The notes beneath the pieces were generated by a model. It did not search any database, was not told where the DNA came from, and worked only from the letters and a program-made list of their open reading frames with translations. Shown in pieces: positions 56,461 to 64,000 of a stretch of DNA of 64,000 bases. The first letter of the stretch is position 1. Every line of letters starts with the position of its first letter. Both the position numbers and the translations under genes were made by a program. This DNA is from Octopus vulgaris (Eukaryota): the NCBI GenBank assembly GCA_951406725.2, contig OX597835.1, positions 17,174,001 to 17,238,000 of the forward strand, given 5' to 3'.

Positions 56461-57050
56461 GGGAATACTGGTGGAAAACCCCAGTCAAGACCTCAATAAA
56501 ATATAAGCACAACAGCCCTGATATAATGATTTCGGATAAAGAGAAACTGTGCACAGTTGTGGAAATTAGCTGCCCAGCGGATGTTAACATAAAGCTGAAG
56601 ATCAGTGAAAAAGAGAACACCTATGCTGAACTATTGAGAAATCTGCAGTTACTCTATCCAGATTACAAGTTCAGGTTTATAACTGTAATTACTGAGGTCC
56701 TGGGATATGTAACACACTGCCTAAATATCAATCTTGAGGAATTAGGCTTCTCAAAACCAGAAAGGAGAAAGCTAATTCGAAGACTACAGATCCAATCCAT
56801 CACTGGAACTGTAAAAATCTGTAAAACTTTCCAGAAGTTTATCATTTGAATATATATGTGCATGTCTAGATATGCAGCTGTATGCATGAGAATACATACA
56901 TAAAGCATACAAATCTGCATGTACATACATACATACTTATATACAAAAATACCATGTTGCTGATGTTGAAATCCCAATGGAGGAGCCTTGGATCTAGGTT
57001 GGAAACCGGTTCTTTCTCTATTGGCAGAGTCTTCATAAAAATGAAAGATT
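56461..57050 (+). mobile_element. Third R4-like/REL non-LTR family, 5'-truncated (endonuclease C-terminus to stop at 56849, then 3' UTR)
   Basis: EYWWKTPVKTSIKYKHNSPDIMISD..CTVVEISCPADVNIKLKISEKENTYAEL: PD..E..K..Y restriction-like endonuclease pattern. 5' junction abuts (CATA)n. Confidence 0.85.
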
Positions 57051-57662
57051 TGTATTGAAATCTGTTTTGTCATGATATATATATATTTTTGCAAAGTTAT
57101 CTCTCAGATACTGGTCAGAAATATTACGTCTCTTGATCCAATCTATCTCGGAACTCATCTAGGCCGTGGGCATAGACACTTTTTGTCATTGCATGCTTAT
57201 CTATCAACCTCTAAATTTCTCTGCTGACGGGATTACATTTATCTACATACACTCATGCATACACAGACAGACACACTCACTAGCGCGTGCACACACATAA
57301 TCACAAAAAGTGAAATACCCTAAGGAATAAATGTAATTTCCGACTCTTACGGCAGTTATTTGACAAACCTTGCCATCGTCTCGGTAAATACCACCGCAAT
57401 TGCTGATTTCGTAAGTGTCATATTTTGTCAATAACTCACACGCACATATTAGAATTGAGTGAGTGAGAATCTCAGTTGTCGCTGTTAATTTGCGCGTATT
57501 TCTATGAAGATACTTGACACTGCTTGTTTAGAAGTTCATATACTTGTTTTACTCACAATCTCAGTATCTCCGTAATGTTCATTATTCAAGCGAGTACTAG
57601 AGACAGATAAATAGATAGATCAAGAACTAGAGAAATAAATAATGAAAAAGAAAGAAGGACTT

Positions 57663-57720
<58 letters not shown>

Positions 57721-58185
57721 AGAGAGAGAGAGATGGAAAGGCAACGTTGGGTATGACAGGTAAACGACTAGATACATTACAAATGAATTTTACCCACGAG
57801 CTAAACAGAATTATGAAACTTTAAAGCGCTCAACTGAAAAAACCTCTGCGTAAACGTCTATAAAAGATAACAGTTAGAAGCCTAAATGAGATTAAAATTG
57901 ACTTGCTTAAGGTGGACTAATCTTAACTTTACCTTAATCTACTTTACATCCTATTTTTCGTTTATTATTTTCTTCATTGACTCTCCTTCTTATATTTCCT
58001 ATGCTTTCTCGAAATCCCTTTCTTTTTCTCTCTTACTCTCACCCTCCCTCTCTCTGCCTCTGTCTTCTTACGTTTATTAATATATATCTCTCCATCTTTG
58101 TCTATGTTATGTATGATAGTATCTATGTATATACACATATTCTTTTCTCTCTTTCTTACTGTCTACCAATCCATCTATATGTTTG

Positions 58186-58245
<60 letters not shown>

Positions 58246-58391
58246 AATATGCATATATACATCTCTCTCTCTACATATATGTTTGTGTGTGTGTGTATGT
58301 ATACATATATAAATATATATATGCATATATTTGTATGTATATGTAAATACATATATATATATATATATATAATACAAGTATATATATATGC

Positions 58392-58440
<49 letters not shown>

Positions 58441-58501
58441 TATACATACATATGTAGGTATGTACATATATGTATGTATATATATGCATATATTTATATA
58501 T

Positions 58502-58550
<49 letters not shown>

Positions 58551-58552
<2 letters not shown>

Positions 58553-58736
58553 GGTGAGAATTCACAAAAAAAAACAAAAGACGACGTGTGCTGTAGACAG
58601 CAAACGGATGTATTAGTTTAACGCTCGAGAGTTGATGTAGTCTTTAAAGTATCGAGCCTACACTCTTCCAGAGAAAGGAACAGAGAAAGAAACAAGGAGA
58701 GAAAATAAAGAATGTGTACTGGACAGATGGGTCATA
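58551..58736 (-). mobile_element. PLE-like family P3, diverged copy
   Basis: Collinear with 60813-61000; hammerhead remnant ctttctctggaagagtgtaggctcgatactttaaag. Confidence 0.65.
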
Positions 58737-58860
58737 CAGGAGAGCTTGGAAGAAGAGGAGATAATAAACTAGAGGTGATCCCAAAATAAAGGTGTCTGTA
58801 CGTGTGTATAAGAGAACATGTATGTGCGTGAGGAAGAGGGCTGTTGAACTTGACGTGTGC

Positions 58861-58922
<62 letters not shown>

Positions 58923-59219
58923 ACGCAGTTGCACATTATCCATCACACAATATTTAGGAATTAGACTTATATCCTGTTGAAAGCAAATATATTTTATTTC
59001 TTTGACCTTGATAGGAATTACCACAAATCTTGTCGCACTTGTTTCAGTTGCCTTGACTCTCTGCTCATACCTACACACAATATGTATGAGTAACATAGAA
59101 TTAAATATGTGTTGATATCCGTAAATACATGTATGTGTGAGTTTGTGTGCGACTGTATGATGTGTATACATACACATATATTTGTGCATATACATTCGTC
59201 AGTGTGCATCTCTGTCTGT

Positions 59220-59278
<59 letters not shown>

Positions 59279-59317
59279 TCTCTCTATATATAATATATTT
59301 TAGAAGTAGCAAAAGTA

Positions 59318-59442
59318 CCCGTTCGTCAGACAGTTTCTAAATAAAACTGTCCGACGAACGGGAACGTGAAATTCTGAGAAACAGTTTTAGTGATATGTTT
59401 GGTGCTTTTAAATAAAGTATATTACTCTACCGCTGTAATTCG

Positions 59443-59448
<6 letters not shown>
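59318..59448 (+). mobile_element. PLE-like family P2 with hammerhead-like motif and inverted 5' partial copy
   Basis: 9-bp stem I taaaactgt/acagtttta, CCGACGA, ACG-ggaa-CGT, GAAA. 59318-59336 is an inverted copy of 59344-59362. Confidence 0.7.
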
Positions 59449-59494
<46 letters not shown>

Positions 59495-59813
59495 TCGTGG
59501 CTACTGAGTAGGACTGTTTTACAAGTCTGATTTTGTCTGGACATCCTAGCATGCAGTGCCTCAAATTATATTCACCTCGGACGGTCGTACCGATGATTTA
59601 CGGACAATAAGTAAGTTACGTATGTAAGATTGCATAATTTGTTGATAGTGAAACATGCATACGAATAATCCATATTTTTATTAATTTTTCTTTCGTCTTG
59701 CTCGATTACGTTTTGGTTGATTTTGCTGAATTTTTTTTGAGAACACTTCCTGGTGGTGAAACCGTAGCGGATCTATTTCTAGCATATGGGTGTCCACATA
59801 GTGGTTTCCCTCT

Positions 59814-59844
<31 letters not shown>

Positions 59845-59935
59845 ATATGCATGTCGGTTATATATACGAACTTACACCCCTCATATTTGTCTACATTTAC
59901 ACAAACACACATATACACACACAGACACACGCACA

Positions 59936-60014
<79 letters not shown>

Positions 60015-60729
60015 GAATATCCATCTGTGTTTATATGTACAGAATTAGACAGATAAACAAATAGATAGATTGATACAGGGACAGACAGAGAGAAAGAAGG
60101 AAGAAAAAGAGAGAAAGAATGAGGGCCAACGAAGAAAAGAGAGTTGGGGTAAAAGGAAGAAAGAGAATGCGTGACAATGAAAGAATAGAGAAAGAGAGGG
60201 AAAGAAATAGAGAGCAAGGTAATGAAGTGGAGAGAGAGACAGTTGAGTTGAAATTGGTTTAGTATTCAATAAAGATATTATATGTTGAGATTATTTCGTG
60301 AATCCGGAATGGGTCTTTAGAACGGCTAAATACGGATTTATACTTCATATAATCTCTACTAATGGTCCACTTGTTAACACCATGAGCGTGTGTCTATGTG
60401 TGTGTATGCATGTATGTATGTATCTATGTATGTACGTATATACGTATAAGAATGTATGTATGTATGCGAATACATATCTTGCTTCTTGAAAATTCGCCGG
60501 AGTCCCATTTACAGATGCGTGCACATGTTCATTCGTGCACGTATCCGCATGTACACCCACGCACAGACTATCGAAGGAAATAATATACACACATTGACTG
60601 ACTTAGGTAGTTATAAACATAGCCAACCACATACTTATGCGCATACAACTCTATATCAATATGATAAAATATAACAATACAAATAACAGTATATATATAT
60701 ATGTATATATACACACATATATATACATA

Positions 60730-60776
<47 letters not shown>

Positions 60777-60812
60777 GTATGTGTATATACATACATATAT
60801 ATATATATATAT

Positions 60813-61000
60813 AGGGAGAGTTTACGAAAAAACAAAAGACGAAGACAGGTGGTGTACAAAACAAACAGATGTATAAGTATAACGCTCAGGAATAGAAAAA
60901 GTCTTTTACATTTCGAGCCTACGCTCTTTTACAGAAAGGGACACAGAAATAAACAAGGAGAGAAAAAAATGTTTGTAGTGGCTAACGATCTATCATGGCG
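60813..61000 (-). mobile_element. PLE-like family P3 with degenerate hammerhead (60903-60938)
   Basis: Minus strand: cttt-CTGTAAA-A-GAGC-gtag-GCTC-GAAA-TGTA-aaag, followed by ttcctgagcgt as in the 30325 copy. Confidence 0.65.
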
Positions 61001-61769
61001 ACATATATGTGTGTGTCTGTGCGTGTGTTTTTGTGTAAGAAATGAATTTGAACATGCGCAGAAAATACTTTAAAATGCTGGAATATATATTTTGAAAAGT
61101 GTTCAATTTAATGTGTTATGTCGCGAATTATATCTATTGTGGTGAATTATGTCTATTCTGGCCGTTGTAGGGAAGTGGTTCAGAACGCTCGCTATCTCTT
61201 AACGAGCAAATTGATTGGTCAACGTTCGTGTATTAAGCCGATGTGGCAGCCGCGCGAGAAGGTCACATAAAAAGTATTTCTCCGATGTATATGTCATAGG
61301 ATAGTTAGAAAAAGGCAGATATGAATAAATTATAGAAAGATTCTGCTGATGAATATTATGATATGTTTGTACTAGTTTCTTTCCTCCCAGTTTACACGTT
61401 GAAACATGTCTCTTCTTTTTTTAGCGCTATGTGGAGTAGGCGAGCTAGATGATGGTTGCTAAATACATTCGTTTTATCTTGTGTACTTAGGCTCATAAGA
61501 CCGGGTTTGGGGCTAAGATCACTGTATTTCCCTTGCAGAAGGGGACGGCTGTGTGTTGCCAGTATTTCAAGGCCAGTAATTTTGAGGGGAGGGAAAATGA
61601 CAATAGCGTTGCCTCCAGTACATATTTGTTGCTTTATTTTGGTGGAACTGAAGGGGCGAAGTGCAGCATTTAATTTGATGGGATGGAAAATCAGAACGTA
61701 AAGAGCGGGAAAATATGCCGCTACGTTTCAGGGGTCAGGTACATGATTATATATAATATATACAATTGT

Positions 61770-61818
<49 letters not shown>

Positions 61819-61827
61819 CTCTCCATC

Positions 61828-61884
61828 TGTAATTTGTCCCCTCAGTGTTCAGACCTGTGTGGCCAATGTCGCCAATAAAGAAAC
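61828..61884 (+). mobile_element. Family T retroposon extreme 3' tail followed by (TATC)n
   Basis: tgtaatttgtcccctcagtgttcagacctgtgtggccaat..ccaataaagaaac|atatctatct. Confidence 0.8.
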
Positions 61885-61885
61885 A

Positions 61886-61969
<84 letters not shown>

Positions 61970-62248
61970 CTTGTATGTATGTATGTACGTATCTATCTAT
62001 ATGCATATAGCCCTTTTTGTAATAAATATTTAAATTGTGAGTGTGTAAGTAATGCATGTTTGCATCTGTATACATAAGGATAAACGAAGGCCGTTTAGTA
62101 ACGTATGCATTTAAGCAGAAATATATATAAAGTCAAACACACGCACGCACGCGATTGAAGGCCTCTGCTCATCTGTGCATAGATAATTGCATATACCCAT
62201 CCCCCCCATTAAACATGCACAAACACATACATATACTTGTATATATGT

Positions 62249-62323
<75 letters not shown>

Positions 62324-62541
62324 GTAAGACACAGATGTGTGCAACTAGTGCTATGCGAATCTGAAGATGAGTAATACATATTTAAATAAACTTAATCCTT
62401 CAGAAGAGGATTAGCAAATGAAATCCTTTTCATTGATAATCAGAGTTCAATGGCTATGGATGGGGATATTAATCTTTTCTGATTTCGCTGATTTTCCTCT
62501 GTTTTTGGTGTTTCTCATCGTTATTTTTGATGTAGTGTGGG

Positions 62542-62598
<57 letters not shown>

Positions 62599-62632
62599 GT
62601 CTGTCTGTGTGTCTGTCTGTCTGCAAGTCAAC

Positions 62633-62663
<31 letters not shown>

Positions 62664-63299
62664 TCTATTTATCGATCTATCTATCTATCTCTACCTATCT
62701 TTCTATCTACCTATCTTTCTATCTATCTATCTATCTATCTATATATCAGTATACATATAATCTGTTTCTGTCTATCTTTCTTTATCTGTCACTGTGTCAC
62801 CCGCTCTCTCTCTCTCTCCACACACACACACACACACACACACAAACATAAATATATAACTATATATCTATCTATATCTATATATACATATATATATACA
62901 CATATAAGAATATATAAAAACGATATATACATATTCACACACACACACACACACACATACACACACACACACATATATATATACATATATATAAATATAC
63001 ATATGTATGCATGTGTGTCTAAATATATGTATGCGTATATATCTATATATGAATATGTACACACTCATATATGTGTGTGTGTGTGTTTCTGCATTCGTCC
63101 ATGTATTCATATTTGTATGGAATATATATATAATTATATACTGAATGGAGCTACGTCTACACCATGGCATTCTACTATTAAACAAGAATTTGGATAAATC
63201 GATCTTCAATTGTTAGTGTCTCATTTTACGTCTAACTACAAAGGTTATCCCACTCGTAGTCTTTGTGTGGAGAATTATTTATTTTAAACTGTGTCTGTG

Positions 63300-63520
63300 T
63301 GCTGACTACGCTCTATATTTCTATTCGTTATTAGTATGAAGTCTTTCCGAATGTGACATTTCTCAGTGAAGCACAAACTGCAGTGGGTTCCTTGCCGTCC
63401 ATTCAATACGTCTTTGTTTCATAGCAATTAGAATATGATTTAAATGATGTTCGACTGTTATTTCTACTGGTTTGCATCTCTCTACCAAAGATGTTCTCTC
63501 ATTTAGCAATCGTTGTTTTG
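63300..63520 (-). pseudogene. Possible Penelope ORF C-terminal remnant
   Basis: LLNERTSLVERCK resembles the PLE terminal motif LLNKRSEL..KCRH; this single motif is the only support. Confidence 0.3.
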
Positions 63521-64000
63521 TTGAATTTAGTGCAAATATACTTGTAGAGTTGTGGGGAAATTTCAACCCGTAATAAGCCGCCAAATTAACAAGGGTGTTA
63601 AGCATCTCTGTTATTTACGTTAAACCTTTGAAATAATGAAATTAATGAAACATAAAAGAGTAAAAGAGCGATGAGAAATAGAAGGAAAAAGATGAAGAAG
63701 AAGAAGAAGAAGAAGAAAAAAATAAGGATATTATTTTAAATATATTAACCGCAGACTGAAATTCTTGACAGAAGTGATATCAAAGCTAAATCCGTGGCCT
63801 TTAGACAAATACGCTTGCGCACTCACACCCACAAGTACACACATGCATACACACATATACGTATATATACACATGCACACATACATATACACACAAGCGC
63901 ACGTACACACGCAGACACACGCATAAACACATGCACAACTACACATAGACACACTCAAACACATGTACACACATACACAAACATACTAGCACACACACGC

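Noticed and set aside
61346-61375. CTGATGA followed by a small hairpin (also CTGANGA at about 12653, 30722, 43386, 48669, 49478, 62362)
   Set aside because: No correctly placed GAAA, stem III or UH triplet; consistent with chance matches.

Overview
AT-rich, extremely microsatellite-dense animal genomic DNA. The SINE repertoire and (TA)n/(TATC)n/(TAA)n load fit an octopus (coleoid cephalopod) intron or intergenic region; this is inference. No host protein-coding exon can be supported, and almost all ORF-track entries are translated microsatellites. Recognisable content: three abundant tRNA-derived SINE families (here A, B, C; about 25 copies or fragments), a decayed mariner transposon, three families of R4/Dong-like non-LTR elements with restriction-like endonuclease (one sitting in (TAA)n arrays), a hAT-type MITE, a retroposon 3' tail inserting at WTATCT, and remnants of Penelope-like elements (PLEs). 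The most interesting signal is about ten type-I hammerhead-ribozyme-like motifs (stem I - CYGANGA - stem II - GAAA - palindromic stem III - UH) in at least five unrelated short repeat families, several arranged as fold-backs. One is fused downstream of a tRNA-like B-box head, making it a candidate ribozyme-carrying, Penelope-mobilised SINE. Coordinates were counted by eye and element boundaries are approximate.
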